A stretch of 64,000 bases of DNA from a virus (Duplodnaviria; Caudoviricetes): positions 5,090-69,089 of IMG/VR virus record IMGVR_UViG_3300020120_000084. One strand, given 5' to 3'. How positions within the stretch are numbered: position 1 is the stretch's first letter; every line of letters begins with the position of its first letter. Of this stretch, positions 54,311 to 63,675 are shown piece after piece. A program made the position numbers and the translations under genes. The notes beneath the pieces were generated by a model. The model was not told the DNA's origin and did no database searches. It worked only from the letters and a program-made list of their open reading frames with translations.

Positions 54311-56023
54311 TTAGAACACCAGCCCGGCCCTCTCCCTCGCTTCCTTGGAGCGGAGGACGTAGAGGGCGTGCTGGTGGTACCGGGCCTCGTGCTTCTCGTC
54401 GCTTGCGCGGGTGAGCGGGGAGCCGGCGGCGGGTTCCTCATCCGGGGGAAGTGCCTCATCGATCTCGTCCGGGTCCGGGGTGAACTCACCCGGAGTGGAC
54501 ATGCGGACGCCGACGATCTCGGCGCCCGAGTAGGCGGGCCACAGCACCGGGCCGTATTCGCGCAGGCCCAGCTCGGTGCGGCGGACGGTGCGCAGGTTCC
54601 CGGCGCTGTCGGGGCGGTACCGGTCGCCGCGGCGCAGCTGCGGGTCCGATCGCATGATCCGGCCGGTGAAGCTCTGGCTGGTGATGGACCCGGCACGGAT
54701 GTTCTCCAGCACCTCATCGGCCAGCGGGGTCTCGGAGTAGCGGGTGCGGGTGAGCAGGCCGCGGGCCTCGGCGCGGATGTCGACGGGGATCCCGATCGGC
54801 ATGGAGAACCGGTCGGAGGCGGCACCGGACAGGTCCCGGCCGTGGTTCCACAGCACCTTCACCGACCCGGGGAAGCCGCCGCGGGCGCGGGACGCGTGGT
54901 CGATGGCGCGGTTGAACGCGGCCGGGTCGATGACCTCGATGTAGTGGCCTTCGTGGTCCTGGATCTCGGCGGGCTCGCCGAACACGGCGGCGTACGCCTC
55001 GACGGTGCGGCCGTCGCCGCCGTCGGCGCTGCGGAGGACGTGGATGTCCTCCAGCGCGTACAGCCGCATGTACTCGGCGCGGGACGATGATCCGTTGCTG
55101 CTGTCGCTGGCCACGTCGGCTCCTATGCGTTTCATCGCCGCGGCGATCTTCGCCTTGACTTCCGAGAGCGTCACCCCGTTGAGCGGGTACATCGCGGCGT
55201 TCTTCGGCATGTTGATGTACGACCAGGCCGCCCGGATGTGCGCCTCGGTATCCAGGGGGTACTTGCCGTTCTTGGGGTCGGCGTAGGTGACGGCGCCGTA
55301 GGGCCTGGCCTTCGTGTCGGTCGCCATGTCCGCCCTTCCTGCGTGCATCTCGGCCGCGTGCTGCGCCGGGTACATCCCCGTCGCCGCCTTATGAGCGAGA
55401 TTGCAATAGCCCTGCGGGTCCTTGATGTACTTGCCGAGCTCGGCCACGCACCTCGAAAAATCGTCGGGGGTCCCCCAGGCGATCTTGGCCGCGCCGGGAC
55501 CGTGGACCCAGTACTCGTGCAGCCGTTCGGTGCCGCCCGGGTTGGTGACGGCCCCGGCGGCGCGGATCGCGTTGGCCTGCTTCTCCAGCCCGGCCGCCTG
55601 CACCCGCAGCGTGCGGATCCGGCCTTTGAGCGTCGTGATCTGCTGCTTCAGCGACTGGTGGTGGCTGGCGTGGTGCTTGTGGTGGGCGGCGTGCTTGCGG
55701 TGGTGGACGACGTGCCCGGCCTTGAGTGACGCCTTCGCGGACGCCGCCGACTTCTTCGCCGCGGCGGCGGCGGTGGCGGCCTGCTTCTCCAGCCCGGCGA
55801 GCTGCTTCTCCAGCACGGCGGCTTCGCGGGCGTCCTTGTGCGCCTGGGCGAGGAGGCGGGCTTTCTCGGCGGCGTGCGCCGGGGACATGTGATGCGCCGG
55901 GGCCTTGGCGGCGGGCTTGGCGCCACTCCCGGCGCTGCTGCCGCCGCCAGAAGTGCCGAACTGGCCGCCGGTAGCCGACCCGGCCGGGACGTGGACCGTG
56001 TTGAACCGCTGCGTGTCAGCCAT
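54311..56023 (-). CDS. multidomain HK97-type prohead protease
   Basis: C-terminal V.AYAAVF, VLWNH, SQSF.G, EYGPV..PAY; N-terminal HVPAGS..GGQF, His-rich stretch, YW..G.GAAKI.WG domain, KYPLDT..HIRAAWSYIN (DUF6582-like). Confidence 0.88.
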   Translation of the reverse strand: MADTQRFNTVHVPAGSATGGQFGTSGGGSSAGSGAKPAAKAPAHHMSPAHAAEKARLLAQAHKDAREAAVLEKQLAGLEKQAATAAAAAKKSAASAKASLKAGHVVHHRKHAAHHKHHASHHQSLKQQITTLKGRIRTLRVQAAGLEKQANAIRAAGAVTNPGGTERLHEYWVHGPGAAKIAWGTPDDFSRCVAELGKYIKDPQGYCNLAHKAATGMYPAQHAAEMHAGRADMATDTKARPYGAVTYADPKNGKYPLDTEAHIRAAWSYINMPKNAAMYPLNGVTLSEVKAKIAAAMKRIGADVASDSSNGSSSRAEYMRLYALEDIHVLRSADGGDGRTVEAYAAVFGEPAEIQDHEGHYIEVIDPAAFNRAIDHASRARGGFPGSVKVLWNHGRDLSGAASDRFSMPIGIPVDIRAEARGLLTRTRYSETPLADEVLENIRAGSITSQSFTGRIMRSDPQLRRGDRYRPDSAGNLRTVRRTELGLREYGPVLWPAYSGAEIVGVRMSTPGEFTPDPDEIDEALPPDEEPAAGSPLTRASDEKHEARYHQHALYVLRSKEARERAGLVF

Positions 56024-56222
56024 CCCGGCTCCACCTGGCGCGTGCCGTGGCAGCGAAGGCGTCGAAGCAGCGCCGGTGAGCGAAGCCGCCGGGCATCCAG
56101 ACGTACCCGCGCCAGAAGCCGGCCAGCATCCCGAAGATCGCCGGCCAGGTCATGTCATAACCGCGCGGGGTCGGCTCACGGCACACCGGGCACGTGTCAG
56201 CCACCGGCCTCGACCACCTCAA
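56016..56222 (-). CDS. small hypothetical protein
   Basis: Overlapping coupled ORF. Confidence 0.45.
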   Translation of the reverse strand: MRWSRPVADTCPVCREPTPRGYDMTWPAIFGMLAGFWRGYVWMPGGFAHRRCFDAFAATARARWSRDG

Positions 56223-56406
56223 TGCTCATGCCGCTGTCGAGGACCACGGCGTGCACGTCATCGGGGAGGGCGAGGCGGTACCGGACCGCCTCGAGCAGGT
56301 AAGCGGCCGTGTCGGCGCGGAGCTTCTCGTCAGTGCGGATGATCAGCCGGTCGCCGGGCTTCAGCGCCAGCCGCTGAACGTCAGTGATCTCGGGAAGGTC
56401 AGCCAT
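56197..56406 (-). CDS. small hypothetical protein
   Basis: VQRLALKPGDRLII...VVLD motif. Confidence 0.65.
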   Translation of the reverse strand: MADLPEITDVQRLALKPGDRLIIRTDEKLRADTAAYLLEAVRYRLALPDDVHAVVLDSGMSIEVVEAGG

Positions 56407-57823
56407 GCCCGTTCGCCCCTTCCAGCGCCCGCCGGGCGCTGGAAGGCCGCGGCGTCGGCCTCGACCCGTCGCCGTCGCCTGCGCCAGGTGAGACCGGGCC
56501 CACGTCCAGCCGCGGCATCGTCGGCGGCAGCGGAGTCGCCGTCGCGCCCGGCTGCGCCTGCGGGAGCAGGTTCTGCACCGGCTGCGAGCTCCCCGGCGTC
56601 CCCACCCCCCCGGCCTTCAGCTGGGACAGGTCCATCGCGTCCACCGCCGCGATCGCCGACTCGTGCGTGTACCCGGCCTGCACCAGCGCCAGCAGCGCCT
56701 GCGCCCGGACGAGGGCGGCCTGGCCGCGTTCCATCTCCCCGTCTTGAAGTGCGGCGATGTCGGACGTGTCGTACCAGAGGCGGTTGCCCGCCGGGACGTC
56801 CGCGATCTGCGACAGCGCGCCGCACACGCTGCGCCAGTGCGGGCGCCCCCACAGGTTCGCGAACTTGGTCATCGACTCCTGGAAACCCCGGCCGGCCCCG
56901 CGCAGGGGCTCGAGGCCGACCAGGACGCCGGGGACCTCGCACGCCGCCAGGATCCGCTCCGTGCCCACCGCGCTCACGCCGGAGAAATCCATCTGCGACA
57001 GGCTGTTGCCGACCAGCGTGATGTCGGCGCCCTGGTCCAGGATGATGCCCTTGCCCGCGTTGTCCGGGCCGCCGTACCGGGCGGCCAGCCGGTCCCGGAT
57101 CTTGTCGATCGTCGCGTCCTGCAGCCTCTGCGCGTACTTGATGTAGACGTTCGGGCTGGCGTTGTTCTTCAGGTACGTGATCTTGTAGTTGGTCATCCCG
57201 TCGTCCCCGGCGACCTCCCGGGCGATCGGCGTCAGAGGGGACATGCCCCGGAAGTCGGCCTGCGGGTCCGGGACCGGCGCCCAGGCCACCACCTCGCCCG
57301 CCGGGACGAAGAATCCCTCGTCCTTGGACATGAGCGACTTGGGGGGCTCCCACCAGTAGCCGACGCGCTTCCGGTACCAGCCGCCGCCGCCGACGCGGAC
57401 CACCTCGGAGATGATCGTCGTCCAGTCTGGCCGCAACCTGACCAGCCGGCTCTCACCCGGCGCGTCCCACACGTACGCCGTCCCCGCGAGGAACGCGTCC
57501 TGCTCCATCCGGGCCAGCAGGTCACCGGTCGTCGACGGGGGCCCGAACGGCTCCTCCAGCCTGGCCAGGGACGTGTTCCCGAACAGGTGCTTGTCGTCCT
57601 TGGCCTGATACCGAAGGCGCGCTTCGGCGAAGAGCCGCATTCTCACCAGGAGCGCGGCGAAGACGATCGCGTTGGACCCGTGGGCCTGCTGCGCGTACGC
57701 GGCCAGCTGCGGCAGCACCGGCTCACGGTCCGGCGACGCGTAGGAGGTGGTCAGGACCGACGCCCCGGTCGCCATCCCCTCCCAGTAGCCGTCGCGCCTG
57801 ATGAGGCGGTCCCAGAGCCTCAC
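56399..57823 (-). CDS. HK97-family portal protein
   Basis: LVRLRPDW, FRGMSPL, N.A.P, ILAACEVP..LVG. Confidence 0.9.
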   Translation of the reverse strand: MRLWDRLIRRDGYWEGMATGASVLTTSYASPDREPVLPQLAAYAQQAHGSNAIVFAALLVRMRLFAEARLRYQAKDDKHLFGNTSLARLEEPFGPPSTTGDLLARMEQDAFLAGTAYVWDAPGESRLVRLRPDWTTIISEVVRVGGGGWYRKRVGYWWEPPKSLMSKDEGFFVPAGEVVAWAPVPDPQADFRGMSPLTPIAREVAGDDGMTNYKITYLKNNASPNVYIKYAQRLQDATIDKIRDRLAARYGGPDNAGKGIILDQGADITLVGNSLSQMDFSGVSAVGTERILAACEVPGVLVGLEPLRGAGRGFQESMTKFANLWGRPHWRSVCGALSQIADVPAGNRLWYDTSDIAALQDGEMERGQAALVRAQALLALVQAGYTHESAIAAVDAMDLSQLKAGGVGTPGSSQPVQNLLPQAQPGATATPLPPTMPRLDVGPVSPGAGDGDGSRPTPRPSSARRALEGANGHG

Positions 57824-58038
57824 GCGGCGTGCCGCGCCTTCTCCAGCACCTGCGCCAGCGTCGGCACCTCATGCACAGACGGCGCCGCACGGCCCCCAGC
57901 CTCACGCAGCAGCGCGTACACGCCCACCGCCACCGAGTCAGCGATGACGGCCAGGCCGAGCGCCCACACGCCGATCAGCGCCGCGCCGCCCAGGATCCCG
58001 GCGAGGGACAGCAGCAGCAGGCAGGCGGACAGGCGCAT
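57820..58038 (-). CDS. small membrane protein upstream of portal
   Basis: Two TM helices, GTGA coupling. Confidence 0.7.
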   Translation of the reverse strand: MRLSACLLLLSLAGILGGAALIGVWALGLAVIADSVAVGVYALLREAGGRAAPSVHEVPTLAQVLEKARHAA

Positions 58039-58060
58039 CGTGCCTCCTAAGCTTGGCTCC

Positions 58061-58315
58061 GTGGCCCGCATCGAGGATCTGTACGACGACCCGGCGATAG
58101 AAATTGAGCTGACCGGCGGCGGCTACTTCGACGGCCGCCGCATGCACGTCCCCGACAACCGCGACACATGGCTTTTCCCGGTCCCGGTAGACATCACGCT
58201 GGGCGGCCCGGAACCCGACGTAACCAGGCCTATGATGACCGCCGAGGTGTACCGCTATACCGGCAGCATCCGCGACGACGGGACGCGGGTATTCCGGTTC
58301 GCGTTCCGGTCCTAG
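58061..58315 (+). CDS. hypothetical moron protein
   Basis: IELTGGGYFDGRRM...YRYTG; TAAGCT -10 seven nt before GTG. Confidence 0.6.
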   Translation: MARIEDLYDDPAIEIELTGGGYFDGRRMHVPDNRDTWLFPVPVDITLGGPEPDVTRPMMTAEVYRYTGSIRDDGTRVFRFAFRS

Positions 58316-58818
58316 ACCTGCCAGACGCCCGGCGTGGCCAGCTCCTCCCACCGGCAGAACGCCCAGCACGCCAGCGTCGCCGCCACCAGCGGCCCCTGAT
58401 CCACCGCCACCTTCGGATCCCACGCCTGCGCCCCAGCCAAAGGTCTCTGCTGCGCCGCCCGGACAGCGGCCGTCAGCGGCGGCTGGTCCAGGTGCGCCAG
58501 GCGGCCATCGTTCACGACGTCGAGGAACTCCCCGTGCGCCACCGCGACATCCTGCGCCGTCACCACGGTCACCAGGATCCCCGCCTCCCCCAGCGGCTTG
58601 ACCAGCGTCCCGCTCTGCGACTTCGGGTTCACCACCACCGCTACCGGGTCGTGCCTCTCCCACAGCCCCGACATGCGCGCCACCGCGCCGCGCGGGTGGT
58701 CATACCAGACGAGATCCACGACCAGGCGCGTGCCGTCCTTCTCCCGGCCCGACGCCACGATCGCGCAGTGCTTCCGGTCCTCCGAGATGGCCGCCCCGAA
58801 CGCGACTTCGCCGCTCAC
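58312..58818 (-). CDS. terL: terminase large subunit, C-terminal nuclease part (separate ORF)
   Basis: VAFGAAISEDR, V.LV, L.HL.QP.L.AAV..A..R..G..WD, D..PLVAATLA. Confidence 0.85.
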   Translation of the reverse strand: MSGEVAFGAAISEDRKHCAIVASGREKDGTRLVVDLVWYDHPRGAVARMSGLWERHDPVAVVVNPKSQSGTLVKPLGEAGILVTVVTAQDVAVAHGEFLDVVNDGRLAHLDQPPLTAAVRAAQQRPLAGAQAWDPKVAVDQGPLVAATLACWAFCRWEELATPGVWQV

Positions 58819-59750
58819 ATCCGCACCTGCGGGGCCGCCGCCGACGCCCACGTGTCCTTCTCGATGACATCCCACCCCGGCTTCGCCACATCCGGCCACT
58901 GGCACAGGTACGCCCGGCGGAACTCCGGCAGGTCCATCAGCTCATAGTCCGCACGGACCGTCTCCTCCGACACGGTGATCCCCAGCGCGGGCATCCGCCG
59001 TCGCCACGTCTCCGGGTCCGCCGGATCCTCATCGTCAGCCGCCGAATACCCGATGTAGCAGCCGTTCTCCGTCACGCCCATCTCCGCCCGGGCCCGGCCG
59101 TCCTCGACCTTGCCCCGGAAATACTCTGACTTCTCCGTCCCGGCCGCGCTGACCACCCACAGCTGCGCGTCGCGGGTCATCATCGCCGGGCGCATCGCCT
59201 GCTCCAGGTGGTCATCGACCTGCGCCCACGCCTCGTCGATCACGCCCAGGTCGAGCACGTCGCCGTGACCGGACGTCTGCGTGTTGGACACCAGCCCCAG
59301 CATCGACCCGTTCCTGAAGATCAGCGCCTCCGACCCCGACCCCCGGCGGACGTCGATGAACGGCGCCAGCTTCGACCGGGCGATCCGCGGCCACCACACG
59401 TCCAGCAGCCGGTGCCGCGCATCCAGCCGGGTCTGCGCCGTGTAGGCGATCTGCGTCCCCGGCCTGCGCAGGCCACGCGCGATCATCATCGACAGCAGGT
59501 CAACCGTCTTGCCCTGCTGCCGCATCACCTCGATCACGACCTGCCGGTACGCGAACCGGCCCTCCGGCGTCTGCTCGGTCGTGACGGCGTTCGCCTCGTC
59601 CTGCCACGGCATCAGCCCAGGGCCCAGCGGCGTGCGGAACTCCAGCAGCTCCGCCGTCTTGCCGATGCCCGCCGCCAGGTTCGGCCGGCCGGTCGCCGGA
59701 GTGCAGAATCTAGGCTTGCAGAGCGCCGAAAAGTCCCGTGAGGTCGGCAT
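58815..59750 (-). CDS. terL: terminase large subunit, ATPase part
   Basis: LMPWQ, RQQGKT Walker A, VIDEAW Walker B, SAAGT, PALG.TV, FRRAYLCQW. Confidence 0.92.
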   Translation of the reverse strand: MPTSRDFSALCKPRFCTPATGRPNLAAGIGKTAELLEFRTPLGPGLMPWQDEANAVTTEQTPEGRFAYRQVVIEVMRQQGKTVDLLSMMIARGLRRPGTQIAYTAQTRLDARHRLLDVWWPRIARSKLAPFIDVRRGSGSEALIFRNGSMLGLVSNTQTSGHGDVLDLGVIDEAWAQVDDHLEQAMRPAMMTRDAQLWVVSAAGTEKSEYFRGKVEDGRARAEMGVTENGCYIGYSAADDEDPADPETWRRRMPALGITVSEETVRADYELMDLPEFRRAYLCQWPDVAKPGWDVIEKDTWASAAAPQVRM

Positions 59751-60009
59751 CGGCGTTCCCGTTGGCCTTCGGCATCAGTTCGAGCAGCGTCTTGCGGAGC
59801 TCCGCGCCCAGGATCGCGTTGGACGGGTCGGCCCGGTGCGCCTCAGCCATCCGGTACGCCAGCTGGCGCATCTCGGCCGTCGCGTCGGTCACCTCGCCGC
59901 AGGACACGGGCGCGGCCAGTTTCAGCGCCGCGCAGTTGCGGCACAGCGAGTGATCGCCCGCCTTGTGCGCCCGGGAGCGGCGGACGCGGAGGGCCCCCGA
60001 ATCCGCCAA
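59710..60009 (-). CDS. terS: terminase small subunit
   Basis: RVRRSRAHK.GDHSLC..C; position between HNH and terL. Confidence 0.7.
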   Translation of the reverse strand: MADSGALRVRRSRAHKAGDHSLCRNCAALKLAAPVSCGEVTDATAEMRQLAYRMAEAHRADPSNAILGAELRKTLLELMPKANGNADADLTGLFGALQA

Positions 60010-60021
60010 AAGTCACCCTCC

Positions 60022-60232
60022 GTAACGTTACTCAAAGCGGCCGAATGTACGGCCATGGCTGCGGCAGTCGTGTAGTCACACTGTGACTACACGCGATCCG
60101 CCTGACCTGCGGCTTTGCGGTTCGAGTTGGTCGGGGATGGTAGATCAGCGGGTGGTCACTGATGGCCGGTCGATGGTCACCGGTCACCGGGCGGGTGGTC
60201 ACCGGGTGACCGTGGTCACTGACCGTGACCTG
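60022..60232. repeat. candidate packaging (cos/pac) region with palindromes and GGTCAC/GTGACC repeats
   Basis: GTAACGTTAC (60022-31), CGTGTAGTCAC-act-GTGACTACACG (60069-93), multiple GGTCAC/GTGACC at 60145-60230. Confidence 0.5.
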
Positions 60233-60416
60233 TACGGATGGCGGCCATCCTTCGCCTGCCATCTATTCGCCCGCTACCTGACCGTCACCACTGCCGTCCT
60301 GGTCGCCTGCATCAGCGGGCCAGATGCCGAAGATGTCGGCATAGGCTTCCATGCTTACCGGGAGCAGGCGCTGCCACTTCACCTGCGCCACCGTCACCAC
60401 TGCCGGGACCTCCATC

Positions 60417-60812
60417 TCACCACTGCCGGGAGGTTCGCCACGCCCGGGCGGGTCCGCCGCGCCTGGCGACGAGGATCGCCGTGGTGATGCGCTGGCCGTC
60501 CTTGCGGTTGCAGTAGCGGTGTGCCAGGCCGGCCAGGTAGCCGCTGCGGTCGGCGTTGTGGGGCAGGTCCAGGTAGTGGCGTGCTACGGACAGCGGCCAG
60601 TACGTCATCGGCTTGCGGCAGTGAGCGCACAGGTTGCCTGGCCTGTACTGCTTGAGGCGCCGGGTGCGTTCTGCCTGATGTGCTGCGCCGTAGCCGCGCT
60701 GGGTGGTGGTTCCCTTGCGTGCCCACCGCTGCCAGTCCTGGCGGGTGCGCGCGGCCATGGTCAGCGCCGCCTGGGTGGCTTGCATGTGCAGCAGCAGGCG
60801 CACGCTTTGCAC
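60417..60812 (-). CDS. HNH endonuclease (gp74-like, terminase-associated)
   Basis: RGYG..H, CAHC, LDLPH...GLAHRYCNRKDG; true start likely ~60758. Confidence 0.8.
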   Translation of the reverse strand: MQSVRLLLHMQATQAALTMAARTRQDWQRWARKGTTTQRGYGAAHQAERTRRLKQYRPGNLCAHCRKPMTYWPLSVARHYLDLPHNADRSGYLAGLAHRYCNRKDGQRITTAILVARRGGPARAWRTSRQW

Positions 60813-60858
60813 TTGCCGCAGATCGGCTGCCCGCAGAACGGCGAGATGTCAGCCATGG

Positions 60859-61074
60859 TCAGCCCGCTCCGAAGCGGCGGCGGCTGCACCGGACCGTGCC
60901 GCGGCAGGCCGGCGGGTGAAGATGCAGCGCGCATAGCACAGCAGCGATAGCCGAACCTAGCCGGTTATCCGGCAGCCAGTGTCCAGGCAGGTCCCGGTGC
61001 TTCAGTGATCTGAATCCGAGCACCATGGTTACCTGGTGATGGTGCGGCCGGGGTGGGCTTCGGTCTGGGTTCAC
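60859..61074 (-). CDS. hypothetical protein
   Basis: Coupled ORF. Confidence 0.5.
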   Translation of the reverse strand: MNPDRSPPRPHHHQVTMVLGFRSLKHRDLPGHWLPDNRLGSAIAAVLCALHLHPPACRGTVRCSRRRFGAG

Positions 61075-61228
61075 GAGATCTCCACCACCGGTTTGCCGTC
61101 TATGTCGTAGTCCGCCATGGGTGCCGTGACGTAGGTGACCACGGACCAGTCAGCTACCGAGAACACCTGAAGGTCCTGGCATTCCTCCGGTAGCGCTAGC
61201 AGCGCCGCTGCCAGTTCGCGCGCTGTCA
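61071..61228 (-). CDS. small hypothetical protein
   Basis: MTARELAAALLALP. Confidence 0.55.
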
Positions 61229-61233
61229 TGAGA

Positions 61234-61455
61234 TCAGCGGGTGATGGTGCGGCCGGGGTGGTCTTGCGCTTCGGCCATGGCGTCGCGGATCCGGTCCTCA
61301 TCGGACGGGTCGTCATCGGGTAGCTCGCCGAGTAGCACGGTGATCTCGCTGCCCGGGGGGAATGCCCTGTCCAGTTTCACCACGGCGACGTCACCCGCGA
61401 TCGTCACGATGGTGCCGAGCAGGACGACCGTGTTGCCTGCCTTGTGCTCAGCCAT
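61234..61455 (-). CDS. small hypothetical protein
   Basis: K.G.TVVL.G.I. Confidence 0.55.
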   Translation of the reverse strand: MAEHKAGNTVVLLGTIVTIAGDVAVVKLDRAFPPGSEITVLLGELPDDDPSDEDRIRDAMAEAQDHPGRTITR

Positions 61456-61461
61456 GGTCAG

Positions 61462-61550
61462 GCTGCCCGGCCGCGGAACAGGCCGACGAGGTAGGCCAGC
61501 GCGATGATGCCGACCTCGACGACGAGGATCCACGCCTGCATGTTCGTCAT
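61462..61550 (-). CDS. 29-aa single-TM peptide (coordinates approximate)
   Basis: MTNMQAWILVVEVGIIALAYLVGLFRGRAA; SD AGGCAGG. Confidence 0.5.
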
Positions 61551-61562
61551 GGTGCCTGCCTC

Positions 61563-61727
61563 TCAGAACAGCGGGGTCTCGGCCATGGCGGCGGGCGCGG
61601 TGTCGAAGTAGACGAGATCCCAGCCATGCCAGTCAGCGATCTCCGCCTCGGCCTGGTCGTCGTCAACGTGTTCCCAGCCATGGCCGGTGAGCCGGTACCA
61701 GCCGGGTTCGGCGGGCAGGTCAGCCAT
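61563..61727 (-). CDS. small hypothetical protein
   Basis: MADLPAEPGWY. Confidence 0.55.
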   Translation of the reverse strand: MADLPAEPGWYRLTGHGWEHVDDDQAEAEIADWHGWDLVYFDTAPAAMAETPLF

Positions 61728-61902
61728 GGCGGATCTCGTCCTCCACGATGGCGTCTTCCTGCTGATGACCCATCGCCCAGCCTTCACACTCGTCATTCCC
61801 GCAGCTGCACGGCTCGGCATACCGGCCGTAGGCGTGCAGCTGGGCGACGGTCACGCCGGAACGTGCCGCGTACTGAGCCTCGAACTCGTCGCGGTCAGCC
61901 AT
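61720..61902 (-). CDS. small hypothetical protein
   Basis: EFEAQYAARSGVTV..L...GR...PC.C...C.GW.M. Confidence 0.7.
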   Translation of the reverse strand: MADRDEFEAQYAARSGVTVAQLHAYGRYAEPCSCGNDECEGWAMGHQQEDAIVEDEIRHG

Positions 61903-62048
61903 TCTCCTGGTCCTGGTGGGCGAAGATGCGGATCTCGGCGCGGAGGACGCCGGGTTCGCCGTCGCTGGCGGACAGTTCGGCTATGGCGCCGTCCAGGTTC
62001 GCGGCGGAGTCGTCGCCGTCGACGATCAGCGCGTATCCGGTCGCCATG
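61895..62048 (-). CDS. small hypothetical protein (start approximate)
   Basis: SD GGAG, MATGYALIVDG. Confidence 0.5.
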
Positions 62049-62250
62049 GTGTCTCCGGTGCGTTCGGGGGGGTGTGCGTCCGGCCCGGCACCGCGGGGGA
62101 GCGTGCCGGGCCGGCTGTACGCGCCGGGCGTGGTCCGCGAACGGGATGCTGGGAGCGCCGGACCTAGCCCGTTGAGCGGCTGCCCGAGGGGGGTTCGGGC
62201 ATAGTGCGCCAAGGCCAAGTTACGTGACGACAACGGGAGACGTCTACCTT

Positions 62251-62503
62251 TCACGCCTGCCGGCGCGGCGTTTCCGCCGGAATCCACTTGGCCACGTCCG
62301 CGTGCAGCCGCTGCAGGTCGCCGATTTCATACACCGGGTGGCCGCGTCCGCCTTTGCTGCCCGGCGGCTGCCTGGTCTCGCCGACACGCCGGAGCCGGGC
62401 CATGCGGGTGACGGCTATGCGGAACCGGGCCTCGTCGACGGGCATGCCCGCCCTGGCGAACTCGGCGACGGCCTCGGTGATGGTCCAGCCCAGCCCGTCC
62501 ATG
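62251..62503 (-). CDS. HTH DNA-binding protein (possible late regulator; start approximate)
   Basis: WTITEAV..F...GMPV...R...L..VG..R...GGR...VY.IGDL..LH. Confidence 0.65.
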
Positions 62504-62504
62504 G

Positions 62505-62858
62505 TCAGTCCGGCCATTCGCCGACGTAGGCGTGGACGCGGGGCAGGTAGCCGGTGATGCGGTAGACGACCTGCTGGTTGACGCCGTTGATGTGCAGGAC
62601 CGCGCCGGTGTACGTGGCGCGCCATGGCGGCGGCATGCACCCGGTCGTGTCCAGCCGCGCGTTCAGCGCGAAAGCCTCCGTGCCGTCGGCGATGGCGCCG
62701 TGCCGGGCGACGGCCTGCAGCAGTTCACCGCTGATCAGGATGCGCGGGTCGGCCCGGTCGATGCGGATGGTGCCGTCGTCCAGCCGGGTGCAGATGCAGT
62801 CACCATGGGGAAGGTCGCCGGGCGGCGGCATCCCGTCCGTGGCGGCGAGCTCAGCCAT
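62505..62858 (-). CDS. hypothetical protein
   Basis: IRIDRADPRILISGELL. Confidence 0.7.
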   Translation of the reverse strand: MAELAATDGMPPPGDLPHGDCICTRLDDGTIRIDRADPRILISGELLQAVARHGAIADGTEAFALNARLDTTGCMPPPWRATYTGAVLHINGVNQQVVYRITGYLPRVHAYVGEWPD

Positions 62859-63159
62859 GGGCGGCCATGACGACCCGGATCCGGGCGATGCCTTCCGTGC
62901 CGCCAGGACCTATGCGCGCGCACCGTGCGCGCAGCGTCGCGGTGCACGGCACGCAGGCGAACATGTGTATCCAGTCGTGCGTGCCAGGCTGGAAGACGAC
63001 AATCTCGTAGCGGCGTTCATGCTGGCACCATGGCGGCATGTCGGCGCTTACTGCCTGACACGGGCCGGGGTCCTCGGAATCACGCGGGTCGTCCGGGGTA
63101 TTGTGCGGCGGCTGGCTGTAGTCATGGTCGCCGTAGCGGCTGGCCGTGCACCCGGTCAT
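62851..63159 (-). CDS. hypothetical Cys-containing protein
   Basis: PCQA...WC.H...ACVPC; coupled. Confidence 0.6.
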   Translation of the reverse strand: MTGCTASRYGDHDYSQPPHNTPDDPRDSEDPGPCQAVSADMPPWCQHERRYEIVVFQPGTHDWIHMFACVPCTATLRARCARIGPGGTEGIARIRVVMAAHG

Positions 63160-63600
63160 GACGCGTCCATGGCGGCGAGGCGGGCGCGGAGCTGGGCGGC
63201 GGTCATCTCCACCGTGATGTCGGCGCCGGCGGCGTGCGGGTATGCCATCCACAGGGGCCACGCTTCCCGCCATTCCTCGGGGTGCTTGCCGGGTACCGAT
63301 GCGACAGCGAGCATGGTGCTGGCTGGCAGTTCGGCGAGCGGCTTCGGGGCGAACGCTTCCCGGGCCAGCTCCACGGCGGCGTCGTGCGGGTCGCGCTGCA
63401 CCCGGTCAATGAGAGCGTCAAGCTGGCCCGACGGCTCATCAGTCATCTCCAGGTGCGGCTCTTCGCCGTCGTCGCGCACGCTGACAGGGATGCCGAACAG
63501 CACGCCGGCAGGGTCCGGTATCCATGCGTCCGGGTCGGTGCGGTTGCCAGTGGTGACCTCGGCCGCAGCGCGGACCTGCCTGTACCAGGCGGGGTTCATG
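63156..63600 (-). CDS. hypothetical protein (start uncertain)
   Basis: W.MNPAWY.QV...LFGIPVSVRDDG..PHL. Confidence 0.55.
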
Positions 63601-63675
63601 ACCCAGCACGCCGCACCAGGGCGCCGCGCCCAGGCTCCTGCCGCGCCGTACACCTGCGTGCACAGCTCGATAGGG

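Noticed and set aside
60032-60262. 76-aa ORF upstream of terS
   Set aside because: Made of GGTCAC repeats; more likely non-coding packaging DNA
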